DNA of 64,000 nt from a virus: positions 120,112-184,111 of IMG/VR virus record IMGVR_UViG_3300037755_000305, one strand, 5' to 3'. The translations under genes were made by a program, and so were the position numbers. Below the pieces are notes generated by a model. It worked only from the letters and a program-made list of their open reading frames with translations, made no database searches and was not told the origin of the DNA. This document shows positions 21,039 to 31,811 of the stretch, piece by piece. The stretch's first letter is position 1, and each line of letters opens with the position of its first letter.

Positions 21039-22265
21039 GTGGCATTTCTTAGCGAATCTGACGATATCCCGCGAATTTTGACTCGTGGAACTTCTCAAGT
21101 ATTCCGTATTGGCTTCTTTACAGACGGATCTAAATCAACACCACTTATTCCCAAAGACCCGCTAAAGTACCCCTCTTACGAGATTCTTAGCCCCGATGGC
21201 GTCGCTGTCCAAACTGGTGTCCTACAGTCCGATGGCGGTGTTGGAGAATACGCTACCACATGGTTTGTGCCTGACGATGCTGACTTGTCAAACGCCAACA
21301 ACCGTTACCAGTTCAAAGCCTTTATCGTTACTAACACTAACGAGCAAGCAGAAATCACGCACGAATTCGATGTTCAGGACGTTGTCGTAACGGCGTCTGA
21401 TGATAGAAGCCAAAGCATCCTAAGTCTGGTAAACAGAGAACTTAGGCTCCAAATTCAGCGCACTTCTAGAATTGATTTAGATGGTGGAGGTTCTTTGAGC
21501 CTGGAGATGATTCTTGGTAGCACTTCCGGAAAGTCTGTAGCTATCGGTCCTGGCGGTCTGTCCAACGTGGTTACACTTGAGAATGGTCAGATACAGGAAA
21601 CTCAATATGGAGACAGCTATCTGTATCACTACACGATTCCCGCTGGTGTGCTAAGTATGCCTAACTGTCCTTACATTACACTATGGAGTATTCGGGATAA
21701 CGTTGCTTCGGCTGAAGAGACCCAGTTTCAACTAATTCGGTCGGTTGACGGACCTATTCTGAACATGACCGTGCAGCTACGCCAGATAATCGACAAATTT
21801 CAAAAACAACGCGGCCGGGTACAAGCATATGAGGACTCAGATTTGGTCGAATATCTCGATCGTGGCTTGGAAATCATCAATGTAACTTACCCTATTACAG
21901 CTTGGCAGATGTCTTTTATCGGTGGATCTCAGTTCAACTCCTTCATTCTGCTGGCAGCAGCGTGGTACGGTCTCAACGCTCAATACCTAATGGAAGTGGA
22001 TCTGGGGTTCGCTTTTTCTGGACAGACAGTAACACTGGATTATGACCATGCTCCCATGCTGGCTGAGGCCATAAATCGCTTCCGAGATTACCTGAACGAT
22101 GCTGTTAGCCCTGCCAAACTAGGGTTTATACGCGCTACAAGCTCTGTAGGCAGCTTTGCAGGAAAGCCTATGGGGTTCCGGTCCTTGAACAGATTCACCT
22201 TCCCAATGGGGAACTTTAGTTCTGGCGATATCATGCAGACCCTCAGTAACATTGGTCTTCTCTAG
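21039..22265 (+). CDS. Putative neck/head-tail connector protein
   Basis: GTG start with AGGAG RBS; Ig-like N-terminus; helical C-terminal part (DSDLVEYLDRGLEIIN...FAFSGQTVTLDYD). Confidence 0.5.
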   Translation: MAFLSESDDIPRILTRGTSQVFRIGFFTDGSKSTPLIPKDPLKYPSYEILSPDGVAVQTGVLQSDGGVGEYATTWFVPDDADLSNANNRYQFKAFIVTNTNEQAEITHEFDVQDVVVTASDDRSQSILSLVNRELRLQIQRTSRIDLDGGGSLSLEMILGSTSGKSVAIGPGGLSNVVTLENGQIQETQYGDSYLYHYTIPAGVLSMPNCPYITLWSIRDNVASAEETQFQLIRSVDGPILNMTVQLRQIIDKFQKQRGRVQAYEDSDLVEYLDRGLEIINVTYPITAWQMSFIGGSQFNSFILLAAAWYGLNAQYLMEVDLGFAFSGQTVTLDYDHAPMLAEAINRFRDYLNDAVSPAKLGFIRATSSVGSFAGKPMGFRSLNRFTFPMGNFSSGDIMQTLSNIGLL

Positions 22266-22378
22266 TGGGAACCAGAACTCCTGAGCTTTCCAGAAAATGT
22301 CCCACAGAAATTCTGTAGCTTATCTCTAAACGGGGCCCACGGTTGGGCTCTTTTCCACCTTCGAAGGGAGAAATCAAT

Positions 22379-22582
22379 ATGTTGGAATGGATTGCCGCAA
22401 ATGGCGAAACAATCGCTATGGTCTGGGCCGCTGTCGTGGCCGTGGCTGAGGTAGCCAAGCGACTTATTCCTGGTACCAAGGACGACACTATTATCGTCAA
22501 GGTTCTGGATGTGGTTGCCCAGGTACTCACTCTCGGTGGCGTAAAGCTACTGCCCAAGCAGGACGGCGTACTCAAGGGCTAA
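22379..22582 (+). CDS. Small membrane protein, holin-like
   Basis: AAGGGAG RBS; 67 aa with two hydrophobic segments around KRLIPGTKDD. Confidence 0.5.
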   Translation: MLEWIAANGETIAMVWAAVVAVAEVAKRLIPGTKDDTIIVKVLDVVAQVLTLGGVKLLPKQDGVLKG

Positions 22583-22606
22583 GTCCTATTTAGGACTACC
22601 CACGGG

Positions 22607-22643
22607 GCCAGCCCGGGTTCCCGCCCAGGCTGGCTCTTTTTTT
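22607..22643 (+). terminator. Rho-independent terminator
   Basis: GCCAGCC/GGCTGGC stem followed by a 7-T run. Confidence 0.75.
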
Positions 22644-22653
22644 GGCTGGGGTT

Positions 22654-24411
22654 ATGACATTACAAGCAAAAATCGCAGCGTATCACAATGTTGATAGCAA
22701 CGTAGTCACAATCCAGGTCTACGTAGTCAGCACTGATGATGAATACTATCACCCAGCGGAAGTGGTTTCTGGTGAGGTCCAGATTTTTAATGTGTACAGC
22801 ACACCACAAACGGGTCTTCAGGAAATTGCCTTAGAGAGGGTAACATTTACCAAATCCGCAGCCAATCAGGACGGTTACTTCTCAATATACTTCATCAATC
22901 CTGCTGTTTCCACAAATCTGGAAGCCAGAGTATCTTTGGATTTGAATGGACAAGGAATCACGACAGGAGTTACCACCGTAAGGAAGGAAACCGGTACGTT
23001 CTCTGACCAACCGAGCACTTCTGTGATTGGAAACGCGACTAATCGTTCTTGGCACTTGGACAAGAACAAACAGAGGGACGTCCCTTACGCCGACGAATCT
23101 CCGCATAACCCAATCGAATTAGGCGACAACCAAACCGTCACCATTGAACAAGATATCGTAAATACTGTATGGGTTGACATCAATTTTGAAAAACTCGCTG
23201 AGGTGAAATCTGATGCTCAGCTACCGGGACAACTTGTGTATATTGGTGGAGGTGGGAGGCTTCTTCCAAAGCCAGGGTCACTATCGTATCAAGCTATAGA
23301 CACACCTCCCTGGGAACTTGGCACATCTACGTTCACGGAGCAAGGTTCTATACAGCTTTTACCCAATAACACGTACACGGATTCCACCACTATTCCGTGC
23401 GGCTCTGGTTTCTTTCCTGGGGGCTACACCATGGATTCTCCAGGAATCAATATTATCAAGAGTGGCGTGCAGCATCTACAGGGTGACGGATTCGTAGCCA
23501 ATGCGTGGAGTATTCAACTAAATGGTGCGAGCCCCGCTAGCATATCGCCCTACAGCAAAGCAAGCCTTGGCTTGCTCGAACCTGTTACGTTTGACGTGAC
23601 AGAACCTATCGCTCTGTCTTTGCTGGCTGGTATGTCAAAGGTGGCACCAGACAGCGAAATCACGGAAGCCAACCTAGTTCTGAACTTCTATGACACCACG
23701 GATATTCTATTGTCCTCTAAGACTGTAAGTGTGGCTCCAGCGGATCTATTCAATGCAAGACCCTTGAAGCCATTTAGCATTTCAGCTAAACCTTCCGAAT
23801 ATCCAGCCACAACTGAAAAATTCACATGGCGCTTAGAGATCGCCAGTGTTAGCCAAGGGGATTACGTAACTGTGATTACTGCGTTACCTAGTGTGACGTA
23901 CACGCCCTTCGCCACATCCCAGGTTCTTTCTGGAGAATCTCGCGCGATTGACAGTCTGTCATTTACTCCTGATGATCCTTTCACTCTGGAAGAAGGTGCT
24001 GTAGTGTTGAACAATGCCATAGGGTTCGAGGTTACACCTACAGAGACCAAATGGTTCTTTGACACCAGGGAATCTGCTGGTCTAACCAGCGGGGTTGCAC
24101 TTAGGGTAAACGCTGACGGTACACTTACACTATTCGTTCAAAACTCTACTGAAACTGCTTATGTTTCAACTTCTACGGCTCCTTCGTGGGTTAGCGGTGA
24201 AGTTCACGAAGTTGTAGCTGAATGGAGAACAGATCCTTCCTTGTTGCGGGTTTCAGTAGACGGTGTTACATTGATAGAGAACACCACAACAGCTCTCCCG
24301 GACATGACCGGAATCACGGCTACCAGTATCCAGATGGGATCAGATTCCCAGGTGGCGGGTAGTTTGGACTCAGAGTTTGTCAGGGCCGTATTCCTAAAGA
24401 GACCCAGATGA
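22654..24411 (+). CDS. Virion protein with C-terminal LamG/concanavalin-like domain
   Basis: Beta-rich; C-terminal WFFDTR...HEVVAEW...LRVSVDG...IQMGSD pattern. Confidence 0.55.
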   Translation: MTLQAKIAAYHNVDSNVVTIQVYVVSTDDEYYHPAEVVSGEVQIFNVYSTPQTGLQEIALERVTFTKSAANQDGYFSIYFINPAVSTNLEARVSLDLNGQGITTGVTTVRKETGTFSDQPSTSVIGNATNRSWHLDKNKQRDVPYADESPHNPIELGDNQTVTIEQDIVNTVWVDINFEKLAEVKSDAQLPGQLVYIGGGGRLLPKPGSLSYQAIDTPPWELGTSTFTEQGSIQLLPNNTYTDSTTIPCGSGFFPGGYTMDSPGINIIKSGVQHLQGDGFVANAWSIQLNGASPASISPYSKASLGLLEPVTFDVTEPIALSLLAGMSKVAPDSEITEANLVLNFYDTTDILLSSKTVSVAPADLFNARPLKPFSISAKPSEYPATTEKFTWRLEIASVSQGDYVTVITALPSVTYTPFATSQVLSGESRAIDSLSFTPDDPFTLEEGAVVLNNAIGFEVTPTETKWFFDTRESAGLTSGVALRVNADGTLTLFVQNSTETAYVSTSTAPSWVSGEVHEVVAEWRTDPSLLRVSVDGVTLIENTTTALPDMTGITATSIQMGSDSQVAGSLDSEFVRAVFLKRPR

Positions 24412-27400
24412 GAGTAGAAGCGACAAAAGACGCCATGGTCCAGGCATTCGCTCGGGCAATCGAAGCCCAGGGTGGCAAGGCGCTTTTGGTCGGGGGGCTC
24501 GTGCGTGATGAAATTTTGGGGCTGCCTTCGAAGGATTACGATTTCGAAGTTTTTGGGCTTCCAATGAAAAAAGTTCAGCAGATCCTTTCCCAGTTCGGGA
24601 ACGTGAAGGAAGTAGGGCAGCAGTTTGGTGTTCTGAACATCCAAGAGCTTGATTGGGACGTTGCTCTTCCCCGCAGGGAGATGAAGACCGGAGAGGGGCA
24701 CAAGGGATTCGATGTGGTCCCAGACCCCACCATGAGCATCGAAGATGCCGCCCGCAGGCGAGACCTAACTATCAACGCTTTGTCGAAAGATCCGCTTACC
24801 GGCGAAATCATCGACCCGTTGAATGGTATAGCGGACCTTGAGGACGGAATTCTGCGTATGGCGGACCCAAATACCTTCGGCGATGACCCTCTACGAGCCC
24901 TCAGGGTGGCCCAGTTCGCCGCTCGTTTCGATTTCGATGTAGACCCAGCAACCCTTGCCGTTGTCGCAGCACAGCCTCTTGAGGAGCTTCCAGGGGAGCG
25001 AATTCTGCCGGAGTTCTCCAAGATGCTTCTGAAGGGCAAAAAACCGAGCCGAGGCATAGAGGTTATGCGACGTGCTAATCTGTTACGCTATTTCCCGGAA
25101 ATAGAGGCTCTACAGGGTGTTCCGCAGGACGCTATCCACCACCCCGAGGGGGACGTGTACGTCCATACGCTAATGGTGCTGGATGAGGCAGCAAAAGAAC
25201 GCACAGGGGACCCAGCATTCGATCTTCCACTGATGTTTGGAGCACTGTGTCACGACTTTGGAAAGCCTGAGTTCACCCAGCACGTCGAGGACCGCATCAA
25301 GTCCCACGGACATGAAGAAGGCGGCGAAGCGCCCACTCGCGAGTTCTTACAGAGAATGAAGGCCCCGAATGAGCTGACCGAGCAGGTTGCCACGCTCGTA
25401 AGCACACATCTACGTCCGCAGCTAATGGCCGGAACCGGAGGCCGAAAAGGATACCGGAAGCTAAGCCGTCTGTTGTCGGACGCTAACGTGAGCCCTGAGT
25501 TGCTGGCCGCTGTTTCGAAGGCGGACAGTCTAGGACGTACCACGGAATCTGCGTTACGCCGAGATACTTCCCGGCAGGACCAGTTCCTTCAGGAGTACAA
25601 TGAGCACGTTACTTCTCAGGCTCCTGCGGGCGGCAAGCTCGTGGACTCTGTTTCAGGTAAGCACCTAATCGCGAAAGGCTTCAAGCCCGGACCCGACATG
25701 GGTAAGTTCCTTGCTCTGACTCGTTCGATCGAAGACGAGACAGGAATCTCGAACCCCGACAAGCTAATCGAATTGGCTACCCGTTTTTTGAGTGATCGCT
25801 CGGAGGGGAGCGGTTCTCAAAAGAAGGAGAATCCTAACGATTGTGGGGATTCCCACATTCGTCCTGGCGAAGAGTGCTTCGACGGAGATTATCGCGAAGA
25901 GCGCAAAAAAGGCAATACCAAAAGTACCCTAGCCGACGGTCTTGATTGGACTGTTAGTCGTCCTTGCGGTGACGATGAAAGTTATCCCGATAAGTGTACA
26001 GGTCCGGGGTCCGAGCAGCAGTGGGAATTGCCTCCTGATCCGCCGCCATATCAAAAAGGAGACGAACTGGCACTTCCGCCTGAGCTTGAAGAAAAATCTC
26101 CTGTCCAGCCTAAATTGGGACCAGATGCTTGGGATCTTCCGTTTACCGACGAAGAGCTAAACAATCCTAAGCAGAAAGCTGCTGACGAGAAGATGCTAAA
26201 GAAGGTTGAAAAGGAACAGCAGAAGAAAGACCAGTCAGCAGACAGGGCAGGACAAGATCTTGAGAAGGCTGGGGATAAGGCTATAAGGGATGCCAAAAAA
26301 CTACAGGAGCAGGATGCCGCAAAGAAGGACAAAGAGCTGGAACAACGACGAAAAATTTCCGATCGAGATGCTCTAAAGAAAGAAAAAGAGTGGCAGAAGA
26401 ATCGTAAACTTCAAGAGAAGGATACCGCACAGCAAGCTAAGAAGGCAGACATGGCTAAAAAAGCTGCTGAAAAAGAAGCGCAGAAAGAAGCTTTGAAACA
26501 GCAGAAGCTTGATGAGAAAGCTAAGAACGATGCTGCTAAGCAAGCTGCAAAGTTGACCAAAGAACAAGAACAGGGGCTCAAGAAAGCCGAGCAAGATTAC
26601 AATAAGTGGCTAGCTACCACACCTAAGACACAAGTTCCTCAAGGCATGGATTTCCAAGCATGGTTGAAGTACGTCCTTTTGGGTCCGGAAGAGAACTCCA
26701 AGAGTGGAAGACAAATAAATAAGTTACACCAACCTAATAAAGGTACTCAGCCTTCCCTAAGTGCTTTGGCAGGAAAAGGTCCCAGCGGATTCCGAACGAA
26801 CCCTGACCCTACAGAGGACGATTTTTTGCTGTGGCACACATTCGAATGGCCTGCCGATCAGAAAGGCAAATCCCAACACCCTGGTCTGGCTGGGCTGGCG
26901 TTGGGAGATCCGCGCCCATGCTATCCTGAAGAAACCCCAGAAGAGGGGCACTGTAACCCAAACATTTCTCCCCAAACACCGGGAAGTGGCAATGAACTAT
27001 CTGAGCACGACTTGACACTTATTCGAGACCAAGCCCGCCTTCAACACGCGGAAACTCCAGAGCAGATCCAAGGATTGACCGATGCCTGGAAAGCTGCGAA
27101 GTCTGTGGTACATACTAACCCAGAAATCTTATCCGACCCAGAAGCTACGGAAAATCTCGCTCTCCAGTTGGTTACCACAATGGAACCTAGAAACCAAGGG
27201 CGCTACAGGCACGTACCTGTGACGTTCGGTCCCGGAAAGCCTCCTGGATTGGACCCGGATCGTGTACCTCGCGCTATGGAATCTCTGTTCATGGCGTATT
27301 CAGAGCAATTATTGGAGCCGGATGAGTGGTATCACGAGTTCCAGAAGGTGCATCCATTCGAAGATGGAAACGGTCGTGTAGGTGATCTTCTATGGAAGAT

Positions 27401-28880
27401 GGACAAAGTTCGACGCGGAGAGCCGTGGCCCAACACGCATCCGCCGGATTTCTTCGGAACAGACAAGAGTGACTATACGGCAGAGGTTACTGCCGAGCCG
27501 CAACGACTACACAAGCGCACCACTAACTACCCTGGAGTAAAGGATTTCGATCGTGGTACTCGTTTTTCTAAACATCCCCTAGAGGGTCCGTTCGGACGTG
27601 ACGGATTCGGCGGCTCTACGCCTCTTCCACAGAAAGAACTGGAATCTGGACCTAACGGTATGACGCCAGAAACAGGAATCTTCCCAGATTGGACTGGATC
27701 GGGTATGCACGGGCACGGACAGCCGGATAAGGCACCCACACGACCTCATGAACATATGAATCCAGAAACCTCTCCAACTGATCCAAACGATTATGAGAAA
27801 GGGATAGACTATTTGGATTGGGATGAATCTCCGACACACTCAGATGTTGGTCCGGATAATAGGGAACCGTTTCCCGGTGCTGACGAATTCCCGAAATCAG
27901 AGCCGCCGAACGACAAAGGTGCTGGCTTTCTAGCCACACAGTTGCCGTTCCCACAACTTTTGGACACGGACACACCACACCCATCCCCCGCACGAAGTGC
28001 TGAGGAGTCTCCGCCTTCCAGCTTCCCTGGACAAGTTGTACGGAAGCCGGGTGGTGGTGGATTGGACAGAGCGCCGATGCGCAGACCGGTTGGCAAGCCT
28101 TCTGGTACGGGCTTTTTGCCCGTACAGAATACTCCTGCTCCAGATCAGAACATGTTCAAAGCTGATCTTGATCCGTCTAAGGTCCCTGGTCCTGGAGGAC
28201 AAAACCCGGGCGGCAAACACCTGGACCGGCAGCGAGGCGGGCGCGGCGGTGGAACGAAGATTCGTCCGCATTTCGATTACGACTACACAGGCAAGAAACC
28301 CGGGTTCCAGTCTATCGACTTGCCTACAGAGCACGTTTATCCTGCCGACGTCGAAGCCGCCAGAACCATGGAAGATCTAATGGATATAGACTCTGTTTTC
28401 CCCAAGGATTACAATCCTGAATGGGGTCCGACGAAGCCAGAAATGGGCGGAACACCAAGACATCGTAACGAAAGACACGTTGCGCCCGATCCCATCAAAG
28501 AGCCTTTCGTGCCCGAAGAGCTTATCGCAGACGACGACGCCAACATAGAACAAAAACAGGTTCAACCTCTGGTCCCGAACCAGAAGATGGCGATTGCTGT
28601 AGACCCTAACGGTCCTATGGGCGAGCGCATCGTAATCATGTCGCCGCTATTCGAGGAAGCCAGCCCAGCTATTATGGCGCTTAGATCCCACAGATTTGAG
28701 CGTCATGGCGGTGTCGTCATTGACGGTCCTCCTCAATGGCTTCTGGGGATTACGCCACGCCTGGAAGCTCTTGACCGCTCTTCTGGTCACGAAGGAGCAG
28801 ACGATCTGTTCGCCCGCGTGATGCAGCTCATTCAATCTGCTGGGATGCCTATCGAGTACGAACAAGAGCCCAGACCGTAA
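24408..28880 (+). CDS. Multidomain protein: CCA-adding tRNA nucleotidyltransferase + HD, coiled coil, Fic domain, Pro/Gly-rich tail
   Basis: LVGGLVRD, KDYDFEV, DAARRRDLTINAL, DDPLRALRVAQFAARF; HD motifs VHTLMV and LCHDFGKP; Fic motif HPFEDGNGRVG at 27351. Confidence 0.9.
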   Translation: MRVEATKDAMVQAFARAIEAQGGKALLVGGLVRDEILGLPSKDYDFEVFGLPMKKVQQILSQFGNVKEVGQQFGVLNIQELDWDVALPRREMKTGEGHKGFDVVPDPTMSIEDAARRRDLTINALSKDPLTGEIIDPLNGIADLEDGILRMADPNTFGDDPLRALRVAQFAARFDFDVDPATLAVVAAQPLEELPGERILPEFSKMLLKGKKPSRGIEVMRRANLLRYFPEIEALQGVPQDAIHHPEGDVYVHTLMVLDEAAKERTGDPAFDLPLMFGALCHDFGKPEFTQHVEDRIKSHGHEEGGEAPTREFLQRMKAPNELTEQVATLVSTHLRPQLMAGTGGRKGYRKLSRLLSDANVSPELLAAVSKADSLGRTTESALRRDTSRQDQFLQEYNEHVTSQAPAGGKLVDSVSGKHLIAKGFKPGPDMGKFLALTRSIEDETGISNPDKLIELATRFLSDRSEGSGSQKKENPNDCGDSHIRPGEECFDGDYREERKKGNTKSTLADGLDWTVSRPCGDDESYPDKCTGPGSEQQWELPPDPPPYQKGDELALPPELEEKSPVQPKLGPDAWDLPFTDEELNNPKQKAADEKMLKKVEKEQQKKDQSADRAGQDLEKAGDKAIRDAKKLQEQDAAKKDKELEQRRKISDRDALKKEKEWQKNRKLQEKDTAQQAKKADMAKKAAEKEAQKEALKQQKLDEKAKNDAAKQAAKLTKEQEQGLKKAEQDYNKWLATTPKTQVPQGMDFQAWLKYVLLGPEENSKSGRQINKLHQPNKGTQPSLSALAGKGPSGFRTNPDPTEDDFLLWHTFEWPADQKGKSQHPGLAGLALGDPRPCYPEETPEEGHCNPNISPQTPGSGNELSEHDLTLIRDQARLQHAETPEQIQGLTDAWKAAKSVVHTNPEILSDPEATENLALQLVTTMEPRNQGRYRHVPVTFGPGKPPGLDPDRVPRAMESLFMAYSEQLLEPDEWYHEFQKVHPFEDGNGRVGDLLWKMDKVRRGEPWPNTHPPDFFGTDKSDYTAEVTAEPQRLHKRTTNYPGVKDFDRGTRFSKHPLEGPFGRDGFGGSTPLPQKELESGPNGMTPETGIFPDWTGSGMHGHGQPDKAPTRPHEHMNPETSPTDPNDYEKGIDYLDWDESPTHSDVGPDNREPFPGADEFPKSEPPNDKGAGFLATQLPFPQLLDTDTPHPSPARSAEESPPSSFPGQVVRKPGGGGLDRAPMRRPVGKPSGTGFLPVQNTPAPDQNMFKADLDPSKVPGPGGQNPGGKHLDRQRGGRGGGTKIRPHFDYDYTGKKPGFQSIDLPTEHVYPADVEAARTMEDLMDIDSVFPKDYNPEWGPTKPEMGGTPRHRNERHVAPDPIKEPFVPEELIADDDANIEQKQVQPLVPNQKMAIAVDPNGPMGERIVIMSPLFEEASPAIMALRSHRFERHGGVVIDGPPQWLLGITPRLEALDRSSGHEGADDLFARVMQLIQSAGMPIEYEQEPRP

Positions 28881-28900
28881 GTTCTCGTTATCTTTCCAGT

Positions 28901-29521
28901 ATGGGATTTTTCAATTGGATTCTAGAGTTGTTTGGTGCTGTACAGGCTGAAAAGCCTGCTGTGCAAACCCCTGTGTCTCCGACCAATTTATCACCAAGCG
29001 TAACACAGGAGGAGCCCAAAATGGACAAATTCGATATAGCTATGAAATTCACCCTAAAATGGGAAGGTGGTTACAACGATATTCCAGAAGATCCTGGTGG
29101 CGAGACCAATTTCGGTATAGCAAAAAGATCTCACCCAGAAGTAGACATCAAAAATCTAACAGAAGAAAAAGCAAAGGAAATTTACCGAAAGGATTACTGG
29201 AACAAAATTAGCGGCGACAATCTTCCACCTTCCGTGGCATTGGCTGTGATGGACTACGCCGTAAACTCAGGCGTTAGCCGTTCCGCCAAAACCTTACAAA
29301 AAATAGTGGGAGCCGTAGCCGATGGAGCTATAGGTCCTGCAACATTGAAGAAGGTAGTTGCAGCAGTAGAGAAGAAAGGAGAGCTTGGCGTAGCTCAAGA
29401 TGTAGTAATGGAAAGAGTAGGTTTCCTTTGTAAACTGGTGAAAAGCAAACCAGAAATGTCTGTATTTTTGCACGGATGGATGAAAAGGACTCATCAGTGC
29501 ATGGCTGAGGTTTCGAAATAA
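28901..29521 (+). CDS. GH108 family lysozyme (endolysin-like) with peptidoglycan-binding C-terminus
   Basis: LKWEGGYNDIPEDPGGETNFGI, MDYAVNSGV, DGAIGPAT, FLHGWMKR. Confidence 0.9.
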   Translation: MGFFNWILELFGAVQAEKPAVQTPVSPTNLSPSVTQEEPKMDKFDIAMKFTLKWEGGYNDIPEDPGGETNFGIAKRSHPEVDIKNLTEEKAKEIYRKDYWNKISGDNLPPSVALAVMDYAVNSGVSRSAKTLQKIVGAVADGAIGPATLKKVVAAVEKKGELGVAQDVVMERVGFLCKLVKSKPEMSVFLHGWMKRTHQCMAEVSK

Positions 29522-31811
29522 TGTCCCATTCTTCTGTAGTTGTAAATCGTAGGGGTAGGCTTATTGTTAGACGCAATTTAGTATTGTGGCTGGATGCTTC
29601 AGACGAAAGTACCATTAGCTCTTCAGGAGACAAAGTTGATTCGTGGTCTGACAAAAGTGGCGTAAACTTAACAGGCTTGTTTGAACCGTTCGACTCTATG
29701 TTTAGACCTGATTACGCATTGGTAGGTAATAGAATCAATGGCTTGAACACAGTTACTTTTGTGCAAGAATCTGGGCCCGCTTCTCCGGCACAAGCTCTTC
29801 AAAGCCAACCTGGAAAAATCTATTAGGGGCGGACGGAGGAACCATATTTTGTGTGATAGAGAGTGATCTTTCTCAAAACTCTTTTACCACTACGACGACT
29901 ACGCCAACAACAACAACCAGCACTTATACTACAACATCTCCAGACAACGGCTATTTTTTTTGGAAGGGTAACCTATCAGACTTTTCCCCAGATTACACGT
30001 TAGATCCAACTAATTTTGAATGGGAAATTGAAGGTGAAGAAGATTATGGACAGACTCCGTTGGGTTTGCTTCCTGGCCCTGAACTAACACCTAGCATTTT
30101 AATGGCGCGCATAGACGGAATAGAGGATAGTTCTATAGGTTCTGAGAACGGTGTGGTGGGTTCCCTCGGGACTGGACTATGGTCCGAAAAAGCTGCATCT
30201 GATGTGAATTCTCCTCATTTCTTGGGTTCCGCTTTTGACCAAGACGTAGAAGAGGTGTACGCGGGCTTTTTTGGGTCTATTGCAGAAATTTTAGTTTATG
30301 ACAGCCCACTTACTAGTAGCGAAATAAATAAAATTGAAACATACCTTTCTATAAAATGGGGAATTCCTTTACTTAATTTATTTGAACGCTCTATTTTACC
30401 CGCTGATACTAGTTTCCAAATGAGTACGGGAGATGAAATAAATGTAGGTATATTTAACGAATGGTCTATAATGTTCAGATCTAAGAGGGGAGAATCCTCT
30501 GCCGAAGAGTTGGACGAAGCTATTTGGATAGACATTTTGGACTTTGACGATAATAGCTCTAGAATAACAGTAACAAATGATGATTCAACGTCAGGTGACG
30601 GTGTTAGGTACATGGAAGTTAGAGCATACGATACGGACAGCGAGAGCAACGGACTATTACAAGCATATAGATTTCCTCCAGACATTTCTTTCGGTCCTTG
30701 GGAATTGTTTATCATTACGTACGATGGGACTAGGGCAGCCAACAACAGAATTAAATTGTATAAGCCTAGAACAGAAGACACTACTGCCATAGAGCAGTCT
30801 TTAGGGGGCTCAAATACTGGAGCCCCTGTTGGCGAAGCCTTTGTAGACGATTCTATAACTATGACTAATACAACAAGGGCGATAACTTTTAGAAGTAACC
30901 AAACTAAAAATCAACACGCTATTTGGAACAGAGTTCTAACAGATGAGGAAATAGTTTATATTGGTCGAAACATTGGAATGGACTTAAATCGGGATTCCGA
31001 CCCCGGTCAAGTAGTTATACAAGAAACAGGAACACTAACAAGCCCTTCAACAGGAGCGGCTTTAAACACATCGGAATTTCTTCCGCCTCCTACAACATCA
31101 GACACAGTAAATATGGTGGGATACACGTTAAGTGTAACAAGCGGTACCGGTTCGGGCAACAGTTTTGTAGTAGGAGCACAAGAACCTACGGGATCAAATT
31201 CTGGACCTATGATACTTGGAGAAACTAATCAACTCATGGGTATCATTGCAGCAGATCAAAGCGGTATGAGTAGTTCACAAATTCGTATAGATTCTGCTAT
31301 TTTTGGATCATTTCCCATGACTGTAGATGAACACGTTGGAAGAGTTTTGGTTTTCAAAAAAGTTAATGAAGATCCATTTTATGTGGAAAGCGGAGTAATC
31401 ATAAGCAATACAGACACTACTGTAACTGTGTCGGCTCCGTGGACAGTTACGCCAAGCGGTGCTCCTGATCCATTTGAGGAGAGTGCTCCTATAGTCTCAA
31501 TATGGGACCCTTTGGGATTCTCTTTAGATGATACATCCGTATACAATCTATCAAACGAAGTTATAGGTTCTTACGGGGCTGCCGGAAATTTGACACACTG
31601 GTACAGACCAGGTTTTGATGAAAATAACATAGGTAAGGATTACAGCCAGCTTGCTTTTGATGCAGGGGAAACTGCTGACATGTCTACGCCTCCAGGACCT
31701 CCTGGTGTTATTACGAATAGCGGATTCGCCAATCAAGAAGATTTGGTAGTAGAAGACATACCAGAACCTACGATAGATGGGGTTCCTAACAACGGGCAGG
31801 GCGGATTTTGA
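29521..31811 (+). pseudogene. Frameshifted large LamG/concanavalin-type virion protein (track ORFs 29521-29826 and 29853-31811)
   Basis: The domain start (LWLDASD...WSDKSG...INGLNTVTF) is in the first frame. Its continuation (WKNLLGADGGTIFCV...GSIAEILVY...YLSIKWGI) is in the -1 frame, which is open from 29733. Confidence 0.7.
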
